DNA of 64,000 bases from positions 64,979-128,978 of the forward strand of contig CAVQJV010000003.1 in assembly GCA_963712805.1 (NCBI GenBank), written 5' to 3'. The notes under the pieces were generated by a model. It made no database searches. It was not told the DNA's origin and was given only the letters and a program-made list of their open reading frames with translations. This stretch comes from an uncultured Acidobacteriota bacterium. GTDB lineage: Bacteria; Acidobacteriota; Thermoanaerobaculia; Thermoanaerobaculales; Sulfomarinibacteraceae. A program made the position numbers and the translations under genes. Of the stretch, positions 50,916 through 61,982 are shown in pieces (the stretch's first letter is position 1; each line of letters starts with the position of its first letter).

Positions 50916-51689
50916 CTACGCCATGTACGTGCTGATCGTGCCGTTTGCTGCAACTGCACCACCGGAGACGACCTCGAACAGGTAGGTCGACAGCGGCGGC
51001 AACGCCGCGTCGAGGCGGATGGTGACCTGCAGAGGGAATGCCACCGGCAGGCCGGTTTGGAGCACAACGTCTCGGGCGCCCACCAGATAGCCGACCCTGG
51101 GCTCCGGGTCGCCCCCGGCGCGCCGGCGCCGCAGCGCCTCGAAGGCCGCTGCCGCCTGGGCCGCGACCTCGAGGGCGACCAACGGCGGTGCGAACCCCTG
51201 CCCCGCGAAGGCTGAGCCCTGGGGGACCGCAGCCGAGGCCACGAGCCGGTCGTCGCCCGCCTCCACCACCGCGTCGAGGAGCAGCGCCGGACCACGGTGT
51301 GGGATCAGCGCCTCCGGCGCGGGGAAGCGCTCGCCGCCCGCTGCCACCTCACCGACGGCAGCCCCGGGCGCCGCACAGCGGCCGCTCGCCACCACTCCCT
51401 TGCTGGCCAGGTCGGAACCGCGGCGGAGCTCGAAGGCCCACTCGGCCTCACCCCTCGGCGACATCTGGAGCTCGAGCCCGTCGCCGGGTTCCACCACCTG
51501 CCGCAGCCTGAGCACGGTCACCGCGACCAGCTCGAGCTCGCGGTCGACGATGCGGCGCAACGCGTCCCGCACCAGCGCCAGGTGGGCGATGCCGGGAAGG
51601 ATCGGCCTCCCCTCGAAGTGCCCGACGAAGTGAGGCCAGCCGGGCTGGATGATGATCCCCTCGCTGAACGGGCCGACCACCGATGTCAC
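50916..51689 (-). CDS. Double hot-dog 3-hydroxyacyl-ACP dehydratase (FabZ/FabA-like plus second hot-dog domain)
   Basis: ...GWPHFVGHFEGRPILPGIAHLAL... is the dehydratase His motif; the second half has ...LIPHRGPALLLDAV.... I chose a GTG start overlapping the upstream stop (GTGA at 51686-51689). Confidence 0.75.
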   Translation of the reverse strand: MTSVVGPFSEGIIIQPGWPHFVGHFEGRPILPGIAHLALVRDALRRIVDRELELVAVTVLRLRQVVEPGDGLELQMSPRGEAEWAFELRRGSDLASKGVVASGRCAAPGAAVGEVAAGGERFPAPEALIPHRGPALLLDAVVEAGDDRLVASAAVPQGSAFAGQGFAPPLVALEVAAQAAAAFEALRRRRAGGDPEPRVGYLVGARDVVLQTGLPVAFPLQVTIRLDAALPPLSTYLFEVVSGGAVAANGTISTYMA

Positions 51690-52870
51690 GCCGGCCGGCG
51701 ACCCGACACCGCGCCCACCAGGAAGGCCGGGTAGACCTCGCGGATCCGCCGTACGTCCGGATACAGGCCGCACTCGACGAAGCCCGCGGACGCCAGCAAC
51801 CCCAGCCACTGCTCAGGGGTCAGGAAGCCGCCGTTGGGGCGCGAGGGCGGCTCGAGCCGCGGCGCGCGGAACGCCTCCAGCAGGTTGAACACCAGCTCGG
51901 TGTGCAGGGCCACGCCGTTGAAGGGCCGCAGGCACTCACCGAAGACAAGGAGCCCGCCCGGCCGCAACGCGTTCCGGACCTCTCCGAGCGTCAACCGCAG
52001 GTCCTTCGCGACGTGCAGGGTGTTGACCGCGAAGACCAGGTCCTGACTCTCGGGCGCCACCCCCTGGTCGGCGAACGGACGGTCCATGTCGAGGATGGAG
52101 AAGGACAGTACCTCGGGGTAGCGCTCGCCAAGCGCCCGCCGGGCACGCCTGAGAAACAGGGGGGCGAGCTCGGTGAAGTGGTACCTGCCCGGCAGCCGAT
52201 CGGACGCCAGGGCCTGGAGCAGCGCCTCGGCGCCGCTGCCGAGGCCGCCCCCCAGCTCGAGCACGTCGTCGGGGGCGGTCGGCAGCAGCGCCCGGGCCGC
52301 GGCGGCCGCCACCGCGTTGTTGACGGCGTAGAGCGGGTTGGCGTTGGAAAAGTAGGCCGGCCACAGGTCGAAGTGGTTCGGGCCGAAGAGCACCGCCTCG
52401 CCCGAGGTCTCGCCGCGCAGGAAGGCGGGGTAGTGCGCGGCCGCGACGTCGGCAACCCGGTAGGTGGGCAGCGCCGCGGGGTCGAGCACCCGCTGCCGCT
52501 CCTCGACCTCGCCCGGGTCGGGTGTGGAGAGGGGGGCGCGACTCGAAAAGCGACTGGTGCCATCGGCCTCGGTGGTCTGCTCGAGGTAGCCGTGACCCTC
52601 GAGAAGGCGCAGCAGCCAGTTCAGGACCACATCGGCTCGCATGGAGTCGAGGCCATGGCGCGCCGCCAGCTCGGCAACGCTGACCGGCGCCGCGAGGTCG
52701 CGGGCCAGCCCACACTCGGCCAGCACCCGCAACGCGAGCCGGACGACGTGCTCCTCGTGGAGGTCGCAGGAGGCGACGAAGCGGTCGTCGAACAGGGGCA
52801 ACAGCGCCGCGGGCAGGAGCTCGCGCCGGCGGTCGACGCCGCCGCTCCCGGCGGTGACCACTGGGCTCAC
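51686..52870 (-). CDS. Class I SAM-dependent methyltransferase with an N-terminal helical/dimerisation-like domain
   Basis: ...DVLELGGGLGSGAEALL...ILDMDRPF...DLVFAVNTLHVAKDL...LRPGGLLVFGE.... I chose the GTG start at 52870. Confidence 0.7.
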   Translation of the reverse strand: MSPVVTAGSGGVDRRRELLPAALLPLFDDRFVASCDLHEEHVVRLALRVLAECGLARDLAAPVSVAELAARHGLDSMRADVVLNWLLRLLEGHGYLEQTTEADGTSRFSSRAPLSTPDPGEVEERQRVLDPAALPTYRVADVAAAHYPAFLRGETSGEAVLFGPNHFDLWPAYFSNANPLYAVNNAVAAAAARALLPTAPDDVLELGGGLGSGAEALLQALASDRLPGRYHFTELAPLFLRRARRALGERYPEVLSFSILDMDRPFADQGVAPESQDLVFAVNTLHVAKDLRLTLGEVRNALRPGGLLVFGECLRPFNGVALHTELVFNLLEAFRAPRLEPPSRPNGGFLTPEQWLGLLASAGFVECGLYPDVRRIREVYPAFLVGAVSGRRPA

Positions 52871-52919
52871 CGGTGCCCCCCGGTTCGACGGCGCACGCGG
52901 GAACGCGCAGCACTCTTCA

Positions 52920-52950
52920 CCATTGGAGCGTAGCATGCGCCCCATTGGAG
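52920..52950. repeat. Direct 9-bp repeat ccattggag x2 (22-bp period) flanking a gcatgc palindrome, 50-80 bp upstream of the minus-strand methyltransferase start
   Basis: Copies at 52920-52928 and 52942-52950, read directly from the sequence. A possible operator or promoter element. Confidence 0.3.
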
Positions 52951-53085
52951 TCGGACAGGGGAGCACGAGGGGGGCAAATCGGCCCCCCCAGCCCAAAAAT
53001 GGACAAAAGGTGCCTGGCAAAAAGGGGTGCCGGGCATGGTTTTCTCGGGAGGACCGAGGACAGGCGTTGCCAAGACAGCATCCGT

Positions 53086-53109
53086 GCATCGTCTTTGGTC
53101 AGACGATGC
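53086..53109 (-). terminator. 9-bp-stem hairpin downstream of the saccharopine-dehydrogenase-like gene; candidate terminator without a U-tract
   Basis: gcatcgtct-ttggtc-agacgatgc. Neighbouring alternative pairings: gccgacg (53109-53115) with cgtcggc (53132-53138), and aggccg/cggcct (53124-53139). Confidence 0.25.
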
Positions 53110-53313
53110 CGACGTCTTGAGCGAGGCCGGCGTCGGCCTGCCTCTTGGCCCTTGAACAGGGCGGTTGGCAACCGTGACGCCGGCCCATTCGCCGGGGCGC
53201 CATACCGTGCTCCAAGGCGCCCGCCCGTGCGGCAAAGCGCCAGGGCGTCAACAGCGCCACCCATCATCCACCGCGGGCGCGACACTCTCCGGCGTCGTCA
53301 GAGGTTGCAGAGA

Positions 53314-54496
53314 TCAGGACATCGTCACCCGTTCGGTCATCGGGAAACCGCGTTTCCTCATCTCTTCGACGAAGAGCGCTGCCGGGACACCGGTTTCCAC
53401 CGGATGGACGCCGCGCGGGGTCTGGCCCCGGGCGTTCATGATGGCGACGATGGCGCCGTCGAAACCGGTGGTCCGTTCCATGGCGGTGAACCCGGTCTTC
53501 TCGTCGTAGTAGTCGATGACCTCGATGAGCGACTCGGCCGGTTTCCCGTCCTTCTCGCCGACCGCCTTGATCCTCAGGATGACGAAGTCCTTGTCGCCCT
53601 CCCGGGCCCGGATCCTGGGTTCGACACAGGCGTGGAAGACATCCCTCGGCACGACCTCGACACCGTTGACCGTGACCGGCTCGAGATCCAGCAGACCCAT
53701 GTCGATCACGGTTTTCCACTGTTCGAAGTGCCCCTTCCAGCGCAGGGTCTTGTTCTGGAAGGTCTGGACCTTGCCCGCGAAGGTCCAGGGCGCCGTCGAG
53801 GTCCCGCCGCCGGCCACGAAGGCCTCCATGGTGCCGATCGGCGGCGGAAACTCGACCGCGTCTTCGTAGTCTTCCCGCTGGAAGGTCGGCACCATGGTGA
53901 CCTTGCCGTTCTCTGAGGAACACCGCCTCGCCGTAGTACTCGTTGGTGAGCCCGGCGATGTTGAAGGTGCAGCGGTAGTTGAAGGGCGGCTCCGGGTGCT
54001 GCATGTTGCCGCCGTCCCACATGAAGACGTGATCCGCCCGGTCGAGCAGGGACATGGCGCGAACCATGAGGGAGGTGCCCATCCCGGGCACCTGGCCGCA
54101 GTCGGGGATGATCGCGATGCCGGCTGATCGCGCCGCCGCGTCGAGCTTGAGCTGCTCGAGCACGAGATCGGTCTTGCCCCCGAGATCGCACATGCAGGCG
54201 CGCGCCCGGATCGCCACCCCGGTGATGGCGGGGTTGAACCAGTACGGCACGGCGGAGAGGAACGAGTCGACGCCGGTGAGGAACGACTCGAGTCTCTTCT
54301 CGTCGGCGACATCGAGCTCGACGGCGGAGGCGATGGATGTGTTCAGGAGGTCGTTGACCCTCCGGGCCGAGGCCTCGGCCGCGCGAAGATCGACATCCGC
54401 GATGAGGACCTTCTTCGCATCACCGAACCTGGCCATGTCATAGGCCGCTGCGGTTCCCTGCCGGCCGCCTCCGAGCACTGCGTAGGTGTATTTCAT
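53314..54496 (-). pseudogene. Saccharopine dehydrogenase family NAD(P)-binding protein; one frame change near 53900
   Basis: MKYTYAVLGGGRQGTAAAYDMARFG...IIPDCGQVPGMG... joined to ...NGKVTMVPTFQREDYE...TLRWKGHFEQW...TAMERTTGF.... Confidence 0.75.
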
Positions 54497-54526
54497 GTTC
54501 CCCCTCGACGAAATCTGTTTCGGTCG

Positions 54527-55723
54527 CTAGACCCGTTCGATGATCATGGCGATGCCCTGTCCGACACCGATGCACATGGCGCACAGGGCAAAGCGGCCGC
54601 CGCTCCGCCGCAGCTCATACGCGGCGGTCGTCACCAACCGTGCGCCGCTCATCCCGAGCGGGTGGCCGATGGCGATGGCGCCGCCGTTGGGGTTGACCCG
54701 CGGGTCGTCGTCGGCGAGACCGAGGTCCCGGGTGACCGCGAGGGCCTGCGAGGCGAAGGCCTCGTTGAACTCGATGACATCCATCCGCTCGAGGCTCATC
54801 CCGGTCCGGGCGAGCAGCTTCCTGGTCGCCGGCGCCGGGGCGAACCCCATGATCCGGGGCTCGACGCCGGCGGTGGCCATGGCCACGACGCGCGCCATGG
54901 GCGTCAGCCCGTGCCGGCCGGCGGCGGCGTCGGACGCCAGCACGAGGGCGCAGGCGCCGTCGTTGACCCCCGAGGCGTTGCCCGCCGTCACGGTCCCGTT
55001 GTCCCGGAACAACGCCTTGAGCCTCCCCAGCTGCTCGAGGGTCGTGCCCGGGCGCGGGTGCTCGTCGGTCGTCACGACCAATGGGTCCTGTTTCCGGCGC
55101 GGCACCGTCACCGCGATGATCTCGTCGGCGAGCCTGCCGTTCGCCTGCGCCGCCGCGGTCTTGGCCTGACTCCAGGCTGCGAATCGATCCTGATCCTCGC
55201 GCGAGATCCCGAACTCTTCGGCGACGTTCTCGGCCGTCTCCGGCATCGAGTCGACGCCGTACTGGCGCTCGAGGGCGGGGTTGACGAACCGCCAGCCGAT
55301 GGTCGTGTCGAAGAGCTCGGCCTGCCGGCTGAACGCCTCGGTGGCCTTGGCCATGACGAAGGGTGCGCGGGACATGGACTCCACCCCACCGGCGATGATC
55401 AGATCCTGCTCACCCGCCTTGATGGCGCGAGCCGCAATGCCGATGGCATCCATCCCGGAGCCGCACAGCCGGTTCACCGTGGTCGCCGGTGACCTCGGCC
55501 GGCAGACCGGCGAGGAGGAGCGCCATCCGCGCGACGTTGCGGTTGTCCTCACCGGCCTGGTTGGCGCAGCCGAGGATCACGTCGTCGACCGCCGCGGGGT
55601 CGAGCCCGGGATTCCGCTGCAGCAGGGCCCGCAGGGGAATCGCGGCGAGGTCATCCGTCCGGACCGTGGCGAGGGCGCCGCCGTAGCGGCCCACCGGGGT
55701 TCGAATCGCATCGCAGATCAAGG
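54527..55723 (-). pseudogene. Acetyl-CoA C-acyltransferase (thiolase, PcaF/PaaJ/AtoB-like); one frame change near 55490
   Basis: MTEALICDAIRTPVGRYGG... then ...VNRLCGSGMDAI...NEAFASQ...GGAIAIGHPLGMSGARL...CAMCIGVGQGIAM. Confidence 0.9.
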
Positions 55724-55749
55724 CTTCGGTCATCTTGAACTCCATTGGC

Positions 55750-56577
55750 ACCGAACCGGTCATGGCGGTGTCTCGCCCGCGGCGCTCCCTGAGGCCGGGA
55801 TCAAGTCCGCGAAATTCGACGCCCCGGACGGCACCAGCGCGCGGAGGATTTCGAGCTCTCGCGCGGTCGGCGCCTCGGTCGTGACGAGCGGTGTCCGCGA
55901 CCTCGAGCAGCCACCCCGTGGCCGCGACCGCGGTCTCGGCCGACACTCCCGGGTGGAGATGGGTCAGGACGAGCTCGCCGCTTGAAGCATCGGGTTCGAG
56001 GATTCCGAGATCGGTGATCACCGCTTCCGGGCCGCGGCCGGGGAGGCCGAGTTCCAGCCTCGATCTGCCGCCGTGGAACATCCCCACGGTGGTCATGAAA
56101 TCGAGGGTGTCGACAAAGCTCTTTGGGTTCTGGCGCAGCAGAACGAGGGTTCGGCGACAGAAACCCGCGATCTCCGGCGCCCCGCCGGCGCCGGGAAGCC
56201 GCACCTTGGGCTTGTCGATAATCACCGATCACCGTCGAGTTGAGGTTGGCGAAGCGGTCGATCTGGGCGGCGCCGAGAAAACCGGTCCTGATCCAACCGC
56301 CCTGCAGCCAGTAGTTGAACATCTCCGGCACCGAGACCACCGCGAGCGCGGTCCGACTCAGCTCCGGATCGCCGATGGAAAGCGGCAGCACCGTGGGTTT
56401 GGTGTCCAGGGTCCCGCTCTCATAGATCATCGAGAGATCGGGGGCGTGGGTCCGCCGAGCGAGGTTGGCGGCCTTGGACGGCAGCCCGATGCCGATGAAG
56501 ACCACGTCGTCGGGATCGAGCAGCCGCGACGCGGCCACGACCATCATCTCTTCCGGGCTGTAGGCGGGCTCAGACAT
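55750..56577 (-). pseudogene. CoA-transferase subunit B (3-oxoacid/glutaconate CoA-transferase family); at least 2 frame changes
   Basis: MSEPAYSPEEMMVVAASRLL...IYESGTLD...FLGAAQIDRFANLNSTVIGDY then DKPKVRLPGAGGAPEIA...VITDLGILEPD...LTHLHPGVS.... Confidence 0.8.
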
Positions 56578-57424
56578 AGCCGTCCTCCTTCAACCGGGCG
56601 AGATACTGGCCGAAGTCGTCGGTCGACACGACATAGCGCTCCATCCACTCGCGGAACCCGTCGAAGTCCCTGCTGATCTCCCCCCAGCGCTGATAGAACT
56701 CATTGCTCCGGTCGTAATAGCCTTGGGCGTACGACGGGAATGCGCCCAACCGAGCCTCGCACACCACATCCACCGCCCAGCGGGGGATCACGGTGCCACC
56801 AGACCTCTCGTCAACCTCATCGACGATCTCCTCGACGGTGACGATGCTGCACGCGGAGGCCAGGATCGCCTCCTTCTGGACCCCGAGGATCCCGGTCATC
56901 CAGATGTTGCCGTGGCGGTCCGCCCGCTGCGCGTGCACGATCGCCACATCCGGCCGATGGGACGGGATCACGGTGAGCACCTCACCGGTGAACGGGCACT
57001 CGATGAATCTGATCTTCGGGTTGACTTCCGGGTACTGGGTCCCGCGATACCCCTTGAAGAACGCGCACGGCAGCCCGGCCGCGCCGGCGGCGAACGCATT
57101 CGCCATGGCGGCGTGCGCGTGCTCCTCGAACTCGATCTCATGCGGGACCCCGTGCTCGTAGGCGTCGCGCAGACGGAACAGCGACCCGACACCCGGGTTT
57201 CCGCCCCACGAGAAGACCACTTTGTCCGCACAACCCATGCCGATCATCTGATCGAAGATGATGTCCGGCGTCATCCGGATCAGCTCGAGATGACGGATGC
57301 CCTGGCGGATGATCTCGGCACCCGCGGCGTGAGGAATGAGGTGGGTGAATCCCTCCGCCGCCACCGAGCAACCAGGTTTGACGTATTTCTTGACGGCCTC
57401 TGCGAGCTCCAGGAATTCCGTCAT
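56570..57424 (-). CDS. CoA-transferase subunit A (3-oxoacid/glutaconate CoA-transferase family)
   Basis: MTEFLELAEAVKKYVKPGCSVAAEGFTHLIP...FSWGGNPGVGS...VAIVHAQRADRHGNIW.... 8-nt overlap with the subunit B start. Confidence 0.85.
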   Translation of the reverse strand: MTEFLELAEAVKKYVKPGCSVAAEGFTHLIPHAAGAEIIRQGIRHLELIRMTPDIIFDQMIGMGCADKVVFSWGGNPGVGSLFRLRDAYEHGVPHEIEFEEHAHAAMANAFAAGAAGLPCAFFKGYRGTQYPEVNPKIRFIECPFTGEVLTVIPSHRPDVAIVHAQRADRHGNIWMTGILGVQKEAILASACSIVTVEEIVDEVDERSGGTVIPRWAVDVVCEARLGAFPSYAQGYYDRSNEFYQRWGEISRDFDGFREWMERYVVSTDDFGQYLARLKEDGYV

Positions 57425-57495
57425 TCTGCTTTCCCCCCGGGGATCACCTGATTCACCAACCTCGTCTTTGGATTCTAACCCCTCTGTTTCGCGGG

Positions 57496-58921
57496 TCAGC
57501 GCAGCACCGATTGAATGAAGGCCTCGCCCTGTGCGACCACCTCGTCGTGGTCCTCCGGGGCCGAGAGATCGGCCAGCAGATCCCTGGTGCGGTTGCGCAG
57601 CCGATCGTCGGCCCGGGGATACCCCTGCTGCCGCCAGTCGTCCACCGTCAGGTTGGGAAAAACCGCACTCTCGAAGTACGCGGTGCGGAAGTGCTCGAGG
57701 GTGCCCGGGGTCATCAGGAAATTGCCGCCGGGCCCGACCCCGGCAATGTCGTCGAGAGCGGCCGCAACCTCGTCCAGCGCGAACCCGGCGGCGGTCCGGC
57801 GGGCCTGCGCGATGACCTCGTCGGCGTAGACGATGACCGCCGGCGACATGGTCGTCGAACCCAAGGTATCGCCGACGAAAGGCGCCAGCCCCACCTGACC
57901 CAGACAACTGGCCAAGTGGTTGGCCCACTGGTGGCCGGCGGCGATGACGTCCGCTCCCCAACCCATGCCGCTGCCCGAGGTGCCGCAGTGCGGCAGTCGG
58001 TAGAAGGCCGTCATCTCGGCGCAGGCCAGATCGAGCACATAGCTCATCGGGTCGTAGAAGTTGGCCATCCCCCGCATGTCGAAGAACGCCGGCAGCATCC
58101 CGATGATGATCGGCGCCCCGGGCCGGATCGACTGGCTCAGAACGAGCCCCGCCAACAACTCGGCATTGAGCAGCGCGAGGATGCCGGCCGGGGTGATCGG
58201 GGTGGTGGCCCCCGCCATCCCGTAGTTCGAGTAGATGAAGGGCAGCCCGCGCTCGATGGTCGCCGTCATCTTGTCGGCGGTTCCCCGGTTGATGACCAGC
58301 GGTGTGACCGGGTTGAAGTACGGAATCACGAACGGCTTCTCGGCGACATCGGGATGCAGGCGTTCGACGAGATCGAGCACGGCCGGATAGCGCTCGTCGT
58401 CGGACACCAGCACGACCAGCGGCTTGGTGCTGTTCGCCATCATTTCCAGCATGGCGAAAAGATCCGACTGGTCCGCGGGAGTGTCCTGAATGACACCGAC
58501 CGTCGAGATCACATCGAACGACGGCAACGCCTGCCCGAGCCGAACCACTGCTTCCATGTGGCGGCGGGCGAAAGGCTCGATCTCGTCGGTCATCGGGTCC
58601 TGGTAGTTGAGCGCGGTCACGCCGATGCCGAAACGGGTCTCGGCGCCATCGCCCAGGCGAAAGGCGGGGTTGCCGCGACGGTCGAAGATCTCCACCGCCG
58701 ACGGGGCCGACTGCAACGATCGTTGGACCAGCTGCGCAGGGATCAGCACCCGGTCGCCGTCCTCCTGCGCCCCGGCTCGAACCAGAACGCGCCGGGCCGG
58801 TTGGGAATCGACGCGCACCCCGGTGGTCGCCAGGATGCGCAGCGAGTAGTCGTGAACCTGGTCGATCTGCCGCTCGTCGAGCACGCTGAGTCGGGGACGG
58901 ATCTGAGTTGCGTTCGGTCAT
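57496..58921 (-). pseudogene. MttB-superfamily methyltransferase, second copy, non-pyrrolysine; probable frame change in the first ~10 codons
   Basis: ...IRPRLSVLDERQIDQVHDYSLRILATTGVRV...NYGMAGATTPITPAG...GPGGNFLMTPGTLEHFR.... No in-frame TAG. Confidence 0.85.
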
Positions 58922-59059
58922 CTTTTCACCCTCCCGCGGATCATACGACAGACGAAGGTCCGCAGCGGGCGCCGCGGTGCGACCTTTGCTAGACTCGCCC
59001 GGGCAGCCAGACAATTCACAGCTTGTTGAGACCCGGAGCCGCTACGAAGGAGGGTGACC

Positions 59060-61924
59060 ATGTCGACGTCTTTCCGCGACAGGAACGACCGCGCGAAGGG
59101 CCGCGAGATGACGGCCGTGCTGATCCTCCTGGCGCTTCATCTCCTGGTGATCCCCTTGCACGCCGAGGGTCCTCCCTCGCCGGACCGTCCCGAACCGGGC
59201 TCGGCGGAGGCGATCGCACGGTTCACCACCGACCCGCAGTTCGTCAGCCCCTGGGTGGCGTCCGTGCCCGACGCCGAAGGCATTCCGTCGCCGTCGGATT
59301 TTCTCGGTCGCGTCATGGGCGCGGCCGGCGAACTGACCCGGCTCGAGGAAGTCTACGGCTACCTGAAGGCGCTCGCCGAGGCTTCGCCGCGGGTGCACGT
59401 TGAGGAGATCGGCCGCACCGAGGAAGGACGCGAGATTCTGCTCGTCGCGGTCGCCGACGACGAGGGCATCCGCACTCTGACCCAGCTCAAGGCGGCCACC
59501 GCCGCCCTCGCCGATCCGCGGACGACCGATCCGGACCAGGCCGAGGCGATCATCGCCGGGGCGAGGCCGATCTACTACATCAACGCCGGTCTCCACGCCG
59601 ACGAGACCAGCTCTCCCGAGGCGGTCATGGAGCTCGCCTACCGGCTGGCGGTCTCCGAGGAACCGATGATCCGCCGCATCCGCGAGCGGGTGGTGGTGCT
59701 CATCAACCCGGTCGCCAACCCCGACGGGCGGGCCAAGATGGCCGACTGGTTCTACCGATATCTCAAGGGCAGAACCGACTACGACGAGCTGCCGCGTCAA
59801 TCGCCGCCGTACTGGGGGCGCTATGTCTTCGTCGACCTCAACCGCGACGCCCACCAGCAGACCCAGGCGGAGACGCAGGCGATCTACCGCATGTTCTGGG
59901 ACTGGCACCCGACGGTGATCCACGATCTGCACGAGAGCTTCGCCCTGCTCCAGACCTGGAACGGCACCGGGCCGTACAACCCCAACCTCGACCCGATCGT
60001 CACCAGCGCGTTTCTCGAGATGAGCTTCCACGAGGTCACGAGGATGACGGCGCTCGGCATGCCCGGGGTGTGGACCTGGGATTTCGGCGACGGCTACGGC
60101 CACCACTACGTCGACTCCGTCGCCATGAACCACAACGCCATCGGACGGGGCTACGAGACCATGGGCAACGCCACCGGCGAGACCGTCGAGCGGGTGCTCG
60201 AACCGTTCGCGTTGAGCAAGACCTGGTTCCGGCCCTGGCCCGCCACGAGCCCGCTCGAGTGGTCGATGCGCGACAGCGTCAACTACACCGAGACCGGGCT
60301 GCTCGCCATCCTCGACTACACCGCGGGCTCCGCCGCCGAGATGCTGCGCGACTTCTACCGCACCGGCCGCAAATCGTGGCAGCGGGGCGTCGCCGGCAAC
60401 CCGTTCGCGTTCGTCATCCCCGCCGACCAACCCGACCGCCGCCGCACCGCGCAGATGGTCAACCTGCTGCGGCGCCAGGGTATCGAGGTCGCGAGATCGC
60501 GGCAGGCGTTCACCGTCGACGAGGGCGCCTTCCCCGCCGGCAGCTTCGTCGTCCGTCTCGACCAGCCGTACCGCAACTACGCGGTCGACCTGCTGCTGCC
60601 GCAGGACTTCAGCTTCGCCGCCGGCCAGCTGCCGTACGACGACGTGTCGTGGGCGCTGCCGGTGCACTACGGCGTCGAGACCGTCCGCGTCGACGACCAA
60701 CGGGTGCTCGAGGTCGCCCTCGAGCCCGTCGATGTCGAGGTCGCGGCGACCGGCGGGGTCGACGGCCGCGGCCCGGTCTTCCTGCTCGCCGACACCGGCC
60801 AGGAGGCGTTGCTCGAGGCCCGCTACCGGCTGCAGGACTTCACGGTGCGGATCGCCGAGGCGCCCTTTTCGTCGGGATCGCAGGCCTACGCCGAGGGATC
60901 GTGGATCCTGCCGCCGCAGCCCGGGCTCGCGGAGGCCCTCCAGGGAGTGGCGGCGGAGCTCGCGCTCGACATCGACAGCGCCGCCTCCATTCCCGAGGCG
61001 GCGCAGCCACGACGCGCCGGCGCCGCGGCTCGGCGTGTGGGTGCCGTGGGCCGACACCGACTCCATCGGCTGGCTTCGCTACACCCTCGACCAGCGCGGA
61101 GTGCCCTACACCTACCTGCGCGACGAGGACCTCCGCGCCGGCGGGCTGCGGGAACGGGTGGACGTGATCCTCTACGGCAACGTCGATCTCGACCTGCAGG
61201 GCCAGATCCACGGGATCGCGGCGACAACGGGCCCGATGGCCTTTGAAGCCACCCCCGATTTCCCGAGCCTCGGCCGACCGGCCGCCTCGGCCGACATCAC
61301 CGGCGGTCCCGGCTGGGCCGGGCTGGCTGCGTTGACCCGCTTCGTCGAGGAAGGCGGCACCCTGCTGACCCTCGGCAACGGCTCGGCGCTCGCCCTCGAA
61401 GGGGGCCTGGTGCGAAACGTCCGCCGCGCTCACTCGAAACCGGGATCCGCACCCCGGGGGTGGAGCTCAGGACGCGATTCCTGATCCCCGACCACCCCCT
61501 CGGCTACGGCTATGGGGACGCCACATCGGTTTTCCGCTTCGACTACCCGGTCTACGACCTGCCGCGGCGCTGGCTGCGCATGGCCTACTGCACCTCGTGT
61601 CTCGACGGACCGGTGGACCCGAGATGGGTGGTCCTGCAGTGGGGCCCGGCCGATCCCGCAGCGGGGACCATGATCGTCAGCGGCGGCGCCCTGGGCGAGG
61701 ACGAGCTCGCGGGCCGGCCGGCGATCCTCGCCGTGCCCTCCGGCGACGGCGTCGTGGTGGCGTACAACTTCAACCCGATGCACCGCGACCTCAACCGCTC
61801 CGACTACCGCCTGCTGTGGAACGCGATCCTCAACTGGGGCGAGTTGCGGCCGGCCGGTCGAGAGCCTTCCCTGACGGCCGCGATCCAAATCCATATTGTG
61901 GGTCTCGAGACCAGATCGTGGTAG
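59060..61924 (+). pseudogene. M14 family metallocarboxypeptidase-like protein, secreted, large; 2 frame changes (about 61000 and about 61440)
   Basis: RBS GAAGGAGGG. ...YYINAGLHADETSSPEAVMEL (HxxE) ...VIHDLHES.... The tail pieces ...LGVWVPWADTDSIGWLRYTLDQRGVPY... and ...VVVAYNFNPMHRDLNRSDYRLLWNAILNW are in other frames. Confidence 0.8.
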
Positions 61925-61982
61925 GGTTGCCGTCGACCCGCACCTCGATCGCGCCAGAGAGCCTTCGATACGAGGTGAAGAG

